A stretch of DNA of 64,000 nt from an uncultured delta proteobacterium (lineage in GTDB: Bacteria > Myxococcota_A > Polyangia > Polyangiales > Polyangiaceae). Location of the stretch: assembly GCA_963850305.1 (NCBI GenBank), contig CAWKKR010000004.1, positions 448,001 to 512,000 on the forward strand, in the 5' to 3' direction. Each line of letters starts with the position of its first letter. The first letter of the stretch is position 1. This document shows, piece after piece, positions 32,390 through 42,048 of this stretch. Both the position numbers and the translations under genes were made by a program. Below the pieces are notes generated by a model that saw only the letters and a list, made by a program, of their open reading frames with translations, was not told the DNA's origin and searched no databases.

Positions 32390-33442
32390 ATGAAAACTAC
32401 CGAGCGCGACGAAGCGTCGCTGGAGCGATTGTTCGCGCGCTTGCTGGTGCTGTCCCTGGCTCTCCCGCTGGAGACCGCTGCATGCTCGTCGCCCCCATCG
32501 CACGCGGTCGACGCGGGCGTCGTGGACAAGGCACCGAGCGACCCGTGCGCGCCGAAGTTCCTGCGCGCCGTTCCGTACTCCGATGCCGGCGACTGCCGGG
32601 CGTTCGAGCGGCTCTCGTGCGGCCCCCCCTCGTTCATCGAGCCCATCGACGGCGGTTGCCGTTTCCAGACCATCGACTGCCAGACCCTATGCCCCGGCTA
32701 CGGGGCGGCCGAATGTCATGCCGAAGACGCCTCCTGTCCGAAGGGGCGACTCTCCTCGAACGGCTTCACCGTCGTCTGCGACTACTGCGGCGCGATCGGC
32801 CGCCGACCGCGCGGGCTGCTACCGAGCGCGGCACCTGCCGGGGAACGCGCTCTCGGCGTCTTCTTTGCCGCAGCATCGCGTCTCGAGGCCGCCTCGGTAC
32901 GTGCCTTCTCCGAGCTCGCGACCATGCTCTCCAACCTCCGCGCCCCGGTGGAGTTCCTCCACGCCGCGCGGGCTGCAGCCGAGGACGAGGTCCGCCACGC
33001 CCGGCTCACCGCCGGGCTCGCCCGTCGATTCGGCGCCCGCCCAGGACGTCCGCGGGTTCGGCGGGCACGCGCGCGCGACTCCCTCCACGACGTGGCCATC
33101 GAGAACGCCGTCGAGGGATGCGTCCGCGAAACATACGGAGCCGTCTTCGCGTCGTGGCAAGCCGCTCACGCCGCCGACGGCGAAATCGCGGCGGCAATGC
33201 GATCGATTGCCCGAGACGAAACACGCCACGCGGCGCTCGCCTGGGCCATCGCGAGGTGGGCAGCGCCTCGACTCTCCGCGGCCGAGCGCCGTCACGTCGA
33301 AGGCGCCGTGAGAGAAGCCGCCGCCGCCCTCGACGACGAAATCGCGGAGCCCCCCGACGAGCTCGTCACCGTCGCGGGCTTGCCGGACGCCGCGACGCAG
33401 ACACGGCTGATCGCCGGGCTCGCGCGCGACCTGTGGGCTTGA
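32390..33442 (+). CDS. Lipoprotein with ferritin-like diiron domain
   Basis: LEAASV, EDEVRH, ENAVEGCVRET, DETRH; Cys-rich N-terminus followed by GRRPRGL. Confidence 0.85.
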   Translation: MKTTERDEASLERLFARLLVLSLALPLETAACSSPPSHAVDAGVVDKAPSDPCAPKFLRAVPYSDAGDCRAFERLSCGPPSFIEPIDGGCRFQTIDCQTLCPGYGAAECHAEDASCPKGRLSSNGFTVVCDYCGAIGRRPRGLLPSAAPAGERALGVFFAAASRLEAASVRAFSELATMLSNLRAPVEFLHAARAAAEDEVRHARLTAGLARRFGARPGRPRVRRARARDSLHDVAIENAVEGCVRETYGAVFASWQAAHAADGEIAAAMRSIARDETRHAALAWAIARWAAPRLSAAERRHVEGAVREAAAALDDEIAEPPDELVTVAGLPDAATQTRLIAGLARDLWA

Positions 33443-33513
33443 CGCCAACCTTCGTCGTTCCTGACCGCCACCGGCACCACGGCCAACCTGGGCCGTACTA
33501 CGATGGCTCGCAA

Positions 33514-34323
33514 ATGAATCCCGAGCTGCGTCTTTATACATTCTCGATTTCCCATTTCAGCGAGAAGATCCGGTGGGCCCTTGACGCCGCAGAGATCCCG
33601 TATCGCGAGATCCGCTGGACGCCGGTGTTCCACGCGCCCCTCGCGCGGCGAAAGAGCCGGAAGAGGACGACAGTGCCGATCATCGAGACGGACACGGAGG
33701 TGATCCAGGACAGCACCGCGATTCTCCACTGGCTCTCGCGAACGCGCGCGCCGTTCCCGCTCTTACCGGAAGATCCGGAGCCGCGTCGCGAAGTGCTCGA
33801 GATCGAGAAGCGCTTCGACGAGGTCGGCAAACACGTGATTCGCTACGCTTACGGGACCGCGCTCGAGCATCCGGATGCGGTACAGAGGATGTGGCTCCTC
33901 GACGCGAAGCCCCTCGAGCGCGTGTTTCTGCCGCTTCTGTTTCCCGTCATCAAGCCGCTCTTCCGGAAGCGGTTTCGGATCACGCCGGATGCCGTGGCGC
34001 TCTCGCGACAGGTCATCGACGATGGCATCGCGTGGCTCGATGGCCGCGTCGCGGACGGCCGTCGCTTCCTCATCGGCGAACGGCTAACCGCCGCGGATCT
34101 CACTGCGGCCGCATTGCTCGCGCCCCTCGCCTGCCCGTCGGAACATCCGGTGTATGGGCAGACCGAATATCGCGAGGTGATCGCACCTGCCGTGAGCGCG
34201 TGGTCGGCGCGACCCGCATTCGAGTGGGTCCGAATGCTGTACGCGAAAGAGCGCGGCGGGGGCCGGGGGCGCACCGCTGACCGGGCACCAGGGGCTCACC
34301 GTATCGCGAACGGCGTCTCGTGA
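33514..34323 (+). CDS. Glutathione S-transferase family protein
   Basis: ISHFSEKIRWAL, TVPII, DSTAILHWL, FLIGERLTAADL. Confidence 0.9.
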   Translation: MNPELRLYTFSISHFSEKIRWALDAAEIPYREIRWTPVFHAPLARRKSRKRTTVPIIETDTEVIQDSTAILHWLSRTRAPFPLLPEDPEPRREVLEIEKRFDEVGKHVIRYAYGTALEHPDAVQRMWLLDAKPLERVFLPLLFPVIKPLFRKRFRITPDAVALSRQVIDDGIAWLDGRVADGRRFLIGERLTAADLTAAALLAPLACPSEHPVYGQTEYREVIAPAVSAWSARPAFEWVRMLYAKERGGGRGRTADRAPGAHRIANGVS

Positions 34324-34709
34324 AATGCGGGTTCGAGCGGCGGATGCGGCAGCGGAGGTGGCAGGAAGTACGACCCGTATTCGGGCCCGGGCGGGGGCCG
34401 CTGGTACAGCAACTCGTCCGGCTTCGCATAGGGCTTCTCGCGATAGATCGCGAGCCGTTCCTCGTACAGATCGACCGGTTCCTGGCGGTAATAAAACCAG
34501 ACCGACCCGGACCGAAAGTACCAGCGATTGTCGATCAGGAAAACCTCCCTGCCGTCGTGACGTGTTTGCGGATACGTGACGGCGTCGGACGGGACGCTCG
34601 CTGCGACGGCCCACGGTTCGGCGCCGGTCGTGGCACACCCGGCCACCACCAGAGCGACCGCCAAGACGATCGGTAAGGTCGCGGTCTGCGTAAATTGCCG
34701 TGCGTCCAT
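34296..34709 (-). CDS. Small lipoprotein
   Basis: Lipobox VAGC; YPQTRHDGREVFLIDNRWYF..WFYYRQEP; upstream sigma54 motif. Confidence 0.7.
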   Translation of the reverse strand: MDARQFTQTATLPIVLAVALVVAGCATTGAEPWAVAASVPSDAVTYPQTRHDGREVFLIDNRWYFRSGSVWFYYRQEPVDLYEERLAIYREKPYAKPDELLYQRPPPGPEYGSYFLPPPLPHPPLEPAFHETPFAIR

Positions 34710-34722
34710 GCATCCGGGAAGA

Positions 34723-34737
34723 GCAAGCCCGGTGCCA
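34723..34737 (-). promoter_or_regulatory. Putative sigma54 -24/-12 promoter
   Basis: TGGCAC-CGGGC-TTGC exact consensus on minus strand, 13 nt between motif and ATG 34709. Confidence 0.65.
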
Positions 34738-34933
34738 CGCGCTGCCGCGCGGTTCTCCGCGCTGGAACGCAAAAAGACACGAACGATTCTCGCGTGCATC
34801 GAGTGGATGTCCGGACGGTGGTCGCGAGCTTCCCGTAGCAAGTTGTCCCGAGCACGCGGATGGACGCGGCCCGAGCCGCCCCATGCAATGGCGGCCCGGG
34901 CTCCGGGTCGGGAGGCTCGCGGGCGCCGTGACC

Positions 34934-35878
34934 TCACTCTGCACGCGCGACCGCGAGCAAACCCCGTGTCCTCGTGATGCCGTCCCACATGTAGAGAATC
35001 AGCGCGGCCCAGATACACCCGAAGCCCACGGCGCGCGCCGCCGTGAAGGATTCGTGAAAGAGAAAGATCCCGAAGAGAAGCTGGAGCGTCGGACCGATGT
35101 ACTGGACGACACCGACGGTCGAGTATCGAACCCGGCGCGCGCCGAACGTGAAGAGTCCGAGCGGGATCGCGGTGAGCGGGCCGGCGAAGAGGAGCAACGC
35201 ACGCAGGCCGGTGCTCCCCGCGCCGAAGCTGCCGTGACCGGTGGCCTCCTCGAAGAGGAGATAGGCCGCCCCGAAGGGCGCGATGAGCAGGGTCTCGACG
35301 GCCAGCCCGACGAGAGCATCGACGGCGACCGTCTTGCGGATCACGCCGTACGCGCCGAACGCGAATGCGAGCGCTAGCGCGATGAAGGGCGGATGCCCCC
35401 CGAGCCACGTGATGTGTGCGACGCCCGCGCCGGCAATCGCGACGGCAAGCCACTGAACGCGGTTCAACCGCTCGCGCAAGACGGCAACGCCGAGCAGCAC
35501 GTTGACGAGCGGGTTGATGAAGTACCCGAGGCTCGCGTCGACGACGTGACCGTTGCCGACGGCCCAGACGTAGACGAACCAGTTGATGGAGAGGCAGGTC
35601 GCGGACAGGACGAGCCGCTTGAGCGTCGAGGGACGGAAGAGCGCCTCGCGTACGCTCCCGAGGTGCCCACGAACGGCGAGCCACGCGAAGACGGAGGCGA
35701 GACACCACACCACCCGATGCGCCATGATCTGGACGGGCGGCACGGAGGCGATCGTATAGAGGTAGAGTGGCAGCACGCCCCAGACGAGGAACGCGCATAT
35801 CAACGCGGCGAGCCCGCGTGCACGTTCAGTGGCCGCAGTCTCGATGGACACCACCGCGGGAGCGCGCTCTTGGGACAA
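34934..35878 (-). CDS. rarD: EamA/DMT transporter RarD
   Basis: WGVLPLY, AHRVVW, INWFVYVWAV, ASLGYFINPL, QYIGPTLQ. Confidence 0.92.
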   Translation of the reverse strand: MSQERAPAVVSIETAATERARGLAALICAFLVWGVLPLYLYTIASVPPVQIMAHRVVWCLASVFAWLAVRGHLGSVREALFRPSTLKRLVLSATCLSINWFVYVWAVGNGHVVDASLGYFINPLVNVLLGVAVLRERLNRVQWLAVAIAGAGVAHITWLGGHPPFIALALAFAFGAYGVIRKTVAVDALVGLAVETLLIAPFGAAYLLFEEATGHGSFGAGSTGLRALLLFAGPLTAIPLGLFTFGARRVRYSTVGVVQYIGPTLQLLFGIFLFHESFTAARAVGFGCIWAALILYMWDGITRTRGLLAVARAE

Positions 35879-36984
35879 GGCGCCGTTGATATTCGACTCC
35901 CGCGACGCTGACTACTCACGTTCGACACTCTCCTCCGCGGCTTCCATCCTTCGACCTCTCCCTGTGTTCTCTCCCTGTCTCGCCGCCACGAGGCGCACAG
36001 CAGCGCCGTGAAGAGCGCCCAGACTCCACCATTCCCGTTCAGATCGCCGGCCGTGGTGGCACATCCCCCGCGACGTTCCGAGTGCACCGTGCCGCGGGCG
36101 GCGGCGTCTCCGGTGGGAATCTTCGGTTCGAGGAGGGCCGCGTCGCGGGCCGCGTCTGGCTCGGCGACGCGAACGGCGGCTGCATCGAGAAAAGCAACGT
36201 CGGAGGCGTCGGCAGCAGCGCGGCGCGAACGTTGGGTCTCGCCGCGCCTGGCGTGCCCGAGCGCCGTGCCGGCGTCACGAAGGCCCGCAAACGCCCGCAG
36301 CTCTTCGACCGAGCCGTTGAACACATCGACGTCCACGTCGCCCGTGACGCCACCGATGTCGTCGCGATATCCGGTTTGCCAGAAGAGCCACGCGCCGAAC
36401 CCCGACGGCAGCGTCGGACACGCGACCCCGTAATCCGCGACCCAGAGCGGACAATCCGCGAGCTCCAGAGTACCGAAGTACTCGTCCCAGAAGTTCGGCG
36501 CGGTGTAGACGAGCGGCGGCTTCCCCGTTCCGGCCGCGACACGGGCGATCCAGTCTTTTACCGCGGAGGGTGCGGCATCCGGCAGAGCGCCGCCGAGCGC
36601 TTCCACGTCGAGCGCGACGGGGAGGTCGCCCGGACCGAGCTCGCCGACGCGCTCGACGACCAGGTCGGCCTGGGCAACGGCATCTTCGCCTGGTTCGAAA
36701 TATTGATACGCGCCGCGCAGGAGGCCGGCATCCCGCGCGCCCGCCCAGTTGAGCTCGAATTGCGAGTCAGGGTGGGAGAGTCCATCGCTGATCCGCACAA
36801 ACCCAAAATCAATCCCGGAGCTCTCGACCTTCGTCCAGTCGATGGCGCCCTGATAATAGGAGACGTCGACCCCTTCGACGGAGCTCGGGCGAGTGCAAAC
36901 GGCGTCCTCCCGAATGGCGCCGATGGTGGCGGAACTCGACGGCGCGCAGCCCTCGAGCAAGAGCAGGAAAAGCAAACACCGCAC
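35800..36984 (-). CDS. GH25 lysozyme lipoprotein with MYXO-CTERM-like tail
   Basis: GVDVSYYQGAIDW, GAYQYF, ALDVE, LWVADY, FWQ, VDVDVFNG; GGC-hydrophobic-RR motif; 3' end uncertain. Confidence 0.88.
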   Translation of the reverse strand: MRCLLFLLLLEGCAPSSSATIGAIREDAVCTRPSSVEGVDVSYYQGAIDWTKVESSGIDFGFVRISDGLSHPDSQFELNWAGARDAGLLRGAYQYFEPGEDAVAQADLVVERVGELGPGDLPVALDVEALGGALPDAAPSAVKDWIARVAAGTGKPPLVYTAPNFWDEYFGTLELADCPLWVADYGVACPTLPSGFGAWLFWQTGYRDDIGGVTGDVDVDVFNGSVEELRAFAGLRDAGTALGHARRGETQRSRRAAADASDVAFLDAAAVRVAEPDAARDAALLEPKIPTGDAAARGTVHSERRGGCATTAGDLNGNGGVWALFTALLCASWRRDRERTQGEVEGWKPRRRVSNVSSQRRGSRISTAPCPKSALPRWCPSRLRPLNVHAGSPR

Positions 36985-37089
36985 GAGGCGCTGTTCGGCT
37001 CCGGCGCGCCATCGGTTGCGCGAAGGATTCGCCTGCGGCTATGGGTGACAGTCCGCGAAATGCGCTCGCGGCCCGACCAAGGAACCCCG

Positions 37090-37968
37090 ATGAAACACGG
37101 CACCCTCTTCCGAATCTTCCAGACGATCGACGTGCATCTCTTCCAGATCGGCGATCAATCGATCACGCTCGGGACGGTCCTGGTGATCGCGCTCGTGGTC
37201 GTGTGTTCGTACGGATTCTCGCTGCTCGTTCAGCGGGGGGTCGCGCGTGCCATCGGGCGGAAGGGCGGACAATCGGTTCCGGTGGTCTCCCGGCTGCTGC
37301 ACTACGCCATCATCGGTAGTGGGCTCTCGATCGCGCTCGAGACGGCGGGGATCCACCTGAGCGCGCTCTTCGCGGCCGGCGCGGTCTTCGCGGTCGGCAT
37401 CGGGTTCGCGATGCAGAACATCGCGCAGAATTTCGTCTCGGGGGTCATCTTGCTCGTCGAGCAGTCGATCCGTCCCGGCGACATCCTCGAGGTGGAGGAC
37501 AAGCAGGTGCGAGTGGTGGAAATGGGGATCCGCGCGACCCGGGTCCGCTCGCGCCATGACGAGGTATTGATCGTGCCGAATTCGACGCTGGTGCAATCCA
37601 CCGTGCGGAGCTTCACCCTGCTCGATACCCTGTGCCGCGTTCCCGTGAGCGTGGGCGTGGCCTACACCAGCGACATGCGCGTCGTTCGCGCGACACTGGA
37701 AGACGTCGCCCGTTCCATCGAGTCGCGCTACGAGGCGAACGAGCCGGTGATCATGCTGACGGACTTCAGCGCTTCCACCGTGGACTGGGAGGTTTCGATC
37801 TGGATCGAGGACCCCTGGCGGCTCCGGATGACCGCGTCGTTGCTTCGTGAAGCGATCTGGAATGCGTTCGCGGAGAAAGGAATTCAGATGGCGTTCCCTC
37901 AGATGGACGTCCATCTCGACGATCCGGTGGTTGCGGCTTTGCGAGAAATCGGGCCGCGCGCGGCATGA
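37090..37968 (+). CDS. MscS small-conductance mechanosensitive channel
   Basis: GIGFAMQNIAQNFVSG, IRPGDILE, GIRAT, IVPNS, MAFPQMDVHL. Confidence 0.92.
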   Translation: MKHGTLFRIFQTIDVHLFQIGDQSITLGTVLVIALVVVCSYGFSLLVQRGVARAIGRKGGQSVPVVSRLLHYAIIGSGLSIALETAGIHLSALFAAGAVFAVGIGFAMQNIAQNFVSGVILLVEQSIRPGDILEVEDKQVRVVEMGIRATRVRSRHDEVLIVPNSTLVQSTVRSFTLLDTLCRVPVSVGVAYTSDMRVVRATLEDVARSIESRYEANEPVIMLTDFSASTVDWEVSIWIEDPWRLRMTASLLREAIWNAFAEKGIQMAFPQMDVHLDDPVVAALREIGPRAA

Positions 37969-37998
37969 GCCGAAGTTCGTGATACGTTTGACGATCGA

Positions 37999-39174
37999 AT
38001 GCGCTCGCATCGCTTCGCGCTCCTGTCCGCGGTCCTCTTCTATGGATGCGGGCGCGTCGGTTACGACCTGACGCCCGGCGGGGCGAGTCGGGGTGGCGCA
38101 CCTGGCGGCGTCGTCCCCGCGACGAACGACTCGGGCGCAGGGGGCGCCGCGACGGGCGCCGGCGACGGTGGAATCGGCGGCGCATCGAACACCGGCGGCG
38201 CATCGAACACCGGCGGCGCATCGAACACCGGCGGCGCATCGAACACCGGCGGCACATCGAACACCGGCGGCGCATCGAACACCGGCGGCACATCGAACAC
38301 CGGCGGCGCATCGAACACCGACGGCACATCGAACACCGGCGGCGCATCGAACACCGGCGGCGCATCGACCGATGGCGGAGTGACGTCGCTCGAACGCGAC
38401 ACGAAAGGCACCGACGGAAGCCTCGCATCCCGAGGCGAAGCGGGCGCCGGGACGGACGCGGGCGAGCGGTGCGGCCTCTCCACCGGCGGCGTCGCGGACA
38501 ACTGTCTCGATCTCCCGTCGCTCCTGAACGCACCGGTCATCGACGGAATACTCGACTGCGGATTGTCACTGTCCGAGCTGGTGCCCGATGGCTGGAACGG
38601 ACCGCTCACGGACGCCGGCGTCGCACCGATCGACACGAACGCACGCTACGTCGTCGGGTGGCGCCCCGACGGAATCTACTTTTTCATCGACGTCACCGAC
38701 CCGGACGTCATGCAGGCCAACGCCACGGATCATGCCTGGATGGGCGACGGCGTGGAACTCTACGTGGACTCGGACGGGACGTACACCGCGTCACCGAGCT
38801 ACGATGTCCCCGGAACCGACCAGTTCGTCGTCGCCGCGCCTCAGCCGACCGACGCGGCTCCCCGGGCGGAAATATGGGTGATGCAGGCGCTGCAAGGCCC
38901 ATGGCAAACGAACTCGCTCGTCTCGAAACTTCACACCGGCGGCTACACCATCGAGGCCTTCGTCACGGCAGCGGATCTCGGACTCCCCAGTCTGTCGCTC
39001 GTTCCCGGCGCGCACGTCGGCTTCGATCTCGCGGTGAACGTATCCTTTCCGGACGCGGCCACGACCGGCGGCGGAGGGCATCGGCTCGGCCAGTACTTCT
39101 TGAGGGTCGGCCCTGGTCCCGTGTTTCCATTCTCCGACGTGACCGCCTTCTGCAACCCGACCCTGGATCAATAG
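37999..39174 (+). CDS. Lipoprotein with CBM9/DOMON-like sugar-binding domain
   Basis: FYGCGRVGYD lipobox; PVIDGILD, WRPDGIYFFIDVTD, WMGDGVELYVD, GYTIEA, VGFDLAVN. Confidence 0.8.
   Translation: MRSHRFALLSAVLFYGCGRVGYDLTPGGASRGGAPGGVVPATNDSGAGGAATGAGDGGIGGASNTGGASNTGGASNTGGASNTGGTSNTGGASNTGGTSNTGGASNTDGTSNTGGASNTGGASTDGGVTSLERDTKGTDGSLASRGEAGAGTDAGERCGLSTGGVADNCLDLPSLLNAPVIDGILDCGLSLSELVPDGWNGPLTDAGVAPIDTNARYVVGWRPDGIYFFIDVTDPDVMQANATDHAWMGDGVELYVDSDGTYTASPSYDVPGTDQFVVAAPQPTDAAPRAEIWVMQALQGPWQTNSLVSKLHTGGYTIEAFVTAADLGLPSLSLVPGAHVGFDLAVNVSFPDAATTGGGGHRLGQYFLRVGPGPVFPFSDVTAFCNPTLDQ
38176..38368 (+). repeat. 18-bp coding tandem repeat GGCGGC(G/A)CATCGAACACC x10 plus a partial unit (GGASNT)
   Basis: Directly visible near-perfect tandem array. 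Confidence 0.95.
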
Positions 39175-39274
39175 TCCCGCATCGACGAGGACGTCCCCGA
39201 GGGAGCGAGGGTCGCGGGAGCCGCACCGGAATGAGTGAACAGGCAATTCACGGCCCCGCCGTTTCCGGGGGAAG

Positions 39275-39289
39275 CGGCACACGGCTTGC
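39275..39289 (+). promoter_or_regulatory. Putative sigma54 -24/-12 promoter
   Basis: CGGCAC-ACGGC-TTGC, 12 nt between motif and ATG 39302. Confidence 0.55.
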
Positions 39290-39301
39290 TTGGCCGGGGC
39301 C

Positions 39302-40351
39302 ATGGATTCCCGTGCGCAATTGGAGACGCATGGCTTTCAAGGCTCCGCAAAAGCGACCTTCAAGCCGCGCGACGTCGAGGAACCCGTGGATTTCTGGATC
39401 AATCGACGGCTCGCAGGCGTACTCGTCGCGGTATTCGCGCCGCTTCCGATCACGCCAAATCAAGTGACACTGCTCTCGGGCGTGGCCGGACTCGCAGCGG
39501 GGCTCGTGATCGGGACCTCCCCGCTGTCGCACTCCTGGCACGTGCCGATCGGTGGAGCGCTACTGTATCTGTCGGTGCTCCTCGACTGCGCGGATGGGCA
39601 ACTCGCGCGCCTGCGCGGGGAAACGTCGATGGTCGGCCGCATGCTCGACGGCTGCATCGACGTCGTTCCCACGGCGGCGGCGTTCGTGGGGTTCGCGGCC
39701 TATCTGTATCGCTCGGGATATCCGTTCTGGCCGCTCATCGCCGTCGGATTCGCGGCGGGTTACAGCATGAAATGGCACGTGCATGCGTACGACCATGCGA
39801 AGAACCTGTATCTCCGGAACAGCCTTCCGTCGTCCGCCCACGCGAACCCTCTCCCCTCAATCGAGGAGATCCTGAGCGAGCGCGATCGGCTCGCACGCCA
39901 GGGGGACTGGGTCGGCGCGTTGATTTTGCGTGGCTTCGCCGGATTTACGCAATCCCAGCGTCGCGGTTGGCAGGAGCGTCGCATCGGGCTCGGCGTGGAA
40001 GGGACGCGAACGCCGGCCGAACGCGCCGTATACCGAGCCGAATTCGGTCGCACGATGCGCCTTTGGACGTGGAACGGCCTCGGCACGCACCTCTGCCTCT
40101 TGCTCGCGGCCGCGTGTCTGACGCCGGTCTACGCCGCCGCAGCGCTCGTCGCGTGGGGGTTCATCTTGCTGCCGATGAATGTCGCGACGTGGGCCCTGAT
40201 GCGGAACGAACGGCAGATCGAGCGAACCGTGCAGGCAATACTTAGGAAAGGGGGACCTTGGCAGCCTTGGCCCTCTCCGCTTGCCTCGCAACCGCTGCCC
40301 CCGCCGCCTTCGGCAGCCTCGCTCCGCTCGCGCAGTTCCGCACCTCTCTGA
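39302..40351 (+). CDS. CDP-alcohol phosphatidyltransferase family protein
   Basis: ITPNQVT; DCADGQLARLRGETSMVGRMLDGCID signature. Confidence 0.9.
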   Translation: MDSRAQLETHGFQGSAKATFKPRDVEEPVDFWINRRLAGVLVAVFAPLPITPNQVTLLSGVAGLAAGLVIGTSPLSHSWHVPIGGALLYLSVLLDCADGQLARLRGETSMVGRMLDGCIDVVPTAAAFVGFAAYLYRSGYPFWPLIAVGFAAGYSMKWHVHAYDHAKNLYLRNSLPSSAHANPLPSIEEILSERDRLARQGDWVGALILRGFAGFTQSQRRGWQERRIGLGVEGTRTPAERAVYRAEFGRTMRLWTWNGLGTHLCLLLAAACLTPVYAAAALVAWGFILLPMNVATWALMRNERQIERTVQAILRKGGPWQPWPSPLASQPLPPPPSAASLRSRSSAPL

Positions 40352-40605
40352 TCCTTCGGGGACGACGCGCGCGTCGATGACGGGTTCGCCCCCTAAGGTC
40401 CGGCTACCGGCATCGCTGACGACCACAGTGGTACGGGAAATTAGCGCCTCAGTCGGATCTTCGAAGAGCGCCGCTGGCACCCTGCCCCAGATCGAAGAAC
40501 TACTCAAAAAGTTCCGTCCGCTTTGCATAGGCATTCCCACTACTGGATGGACATGTCCCGGGGGTGCAACCCGCGGCCGACCCCGGCGCGAGAAAGATCC
40601 TGGAA

Positions 40606-41823
40606 ATGCTAGAAAATTCGCTTCGCACGGGCGCGTTCCTACTCCTGGTTGGCGGCTCCCTCGGCCTGGTCGGCTGTGGCAGCACTGCGAATACCGACCA
40701 AAGCGGGAGCGATGTGGGAACGACGGATGCGGGTTCCGATATCGCAGCAGGGCATGCGGATCCCTGCAAGACCCCGATTCACACCCAATACCTCGACGAC
40801 AACCTCTGCATCGATCCACCACCTCCGGACGTTGGGTTCCAGCTCCACTTCGGACCCACGGATTACACCGACCCGGCAAACGTGGCGCCCTTCGTCCTGG
40901 CGCCCAGCGGCGAGGAGGTCATCTGCGAGAACTTCACGACGCCGAACACGACGGACCAGTGGTACTTCGAGTATCACGCGCGGCTTCGCTCGGGCACGCA
41001 CCACATGATTACGTACACGAGCCAGAACGCGCCGGCGAGCACGCCGCCGGACGGCACGCTCGGCGCCTGCAATCTCGACCCGAGCTTCGCCTTCACCCTG
41101 GGCTCTCAGGCAGCACTCGGTCCGGCGGGCGGCACGCTCGACGTCCCGCTGCCGGGTCGGGCGATCGCGCCGGAAGACCAGGGCCTTGCGTCCAAGATGA
41201 AGGCCAACACGAAGGCCGTCGTCGAGATGCACTACATCAACACGTCCGAAGACCCCATGCTGCGCGAAGCCTGGATCAACGTCATCTACACGCCGGCCTC
41301 GGCCGTGAAGGCCGTCGAAGATCCGATCTACTTCATCGGCGGTCTCGCGATGAACGTCCCGCCGCACACGCAGCAAGCCATCAAGGTGTCAGGGTGCGGG
41401 CTCAGCGACGCCCAGCCCGACAAGATCCGCCTCCTGGGCATGACCGGCCATACGCATGCTTCGTCGACGAAGTTCTTCGCTTACATCGACCGCGCGGGCG
41501 GCGGCGACGCGGGCGCGGGCGGCGACGCGGGCGCCGGCAGTCAGCAGCTCATCTATCAGACCTACACCTGGTCCGACCCGATCAACGCGCAGTTCGATAC
41601 TACCCACACGAATCCCGCCGTCGGCAGCCCCACGAGGGACGGCGCGTTCACGGGCGATCTCTACATGAACCGGGGCGACACCCTCGGATGGGAGTGCGAC
41701 ATCGACAACCAGCTCGATACGTCGCTGAGGTTCGCGAATCAGGCATACACCGGGGAAATGTGCAACGTCTTCGGCTTCGTGACCCCGGGTCTCGGCACGC
41801 CGTGGACCTGCTTCAAGCCCTGA
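40606..41823 (+). CDS. Copper type II ascorbate-dependent monooxygenase-like (PHM/DBH-like) lipoprotein
   Basis: Lipobox LVGC; GTHHMI and EMHYIN (CuH site), GHTHA and GEMC (CuM site). Confidence 0.8.
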   Translation: MLENSLRTGAFLLLVGGSLGLVGCGSTANTDQSGSDVGTTDAGSDIAAGHADPCKTPIHTQYLDDNLCIDPPPPDVGFQLHFGPTDYTDPANVAPFVLAPSGEEVICENFTTPNTTDQWYFEYHARLRSGTHHMITYTSQNAPASTPPDGTLGACNLDPSFAFTLGSQAALGPAGGTLDVPLPGRAIAPEDQGLASKMKANTKAVVEMHYINTSEDPMLREAWINVIYTPASAVKAVEDPIYFIGGLAMNVPPHTQQAIKVSGCGLSDAQPDKIRLLGMTGHTHASSTKFFAYIDRAGGGDAGAGGDAGAGSQQLIYQTYTWSDPINAQFDTTHTNPAVGSPTRDGAFTGDLYMNRGDTLGWECDIDNQLDTSLRFANQAYTGEMCNVFGFVTPGLGTPWTCFKP

Positions 41824-42048
41824 AGCCAGTCCTGCCGTCGTGGTTCCGGGCCGCGACGGCCGTTGCGTGTCGGTTCGGGTAACTCGTGCGCGTAGGGTAC
41901 GCTGTGCCCGATGACGGACGAGCTCAACGAGCTCAACGACCCCCTGCACGCCCTCGGGTTGGTCCTCGACGAGCTGCCCTCCGTCGGCGGCGATCTCCGG
42001 CAAGTGCCGGATACCGTTCTCGCGGGTGGCCCGCTAGCCTGCGCGGCC

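Noticed and set aside
35800..36984. Prophage endolysin
   Set aside because: Has lipoprotein and sorting signals, and no holin or other phage genes are nearby
38176..38368. Possible CRISPR or non-coding repeat
   Set aside because: In-frame coding tandem repeat with no spacers
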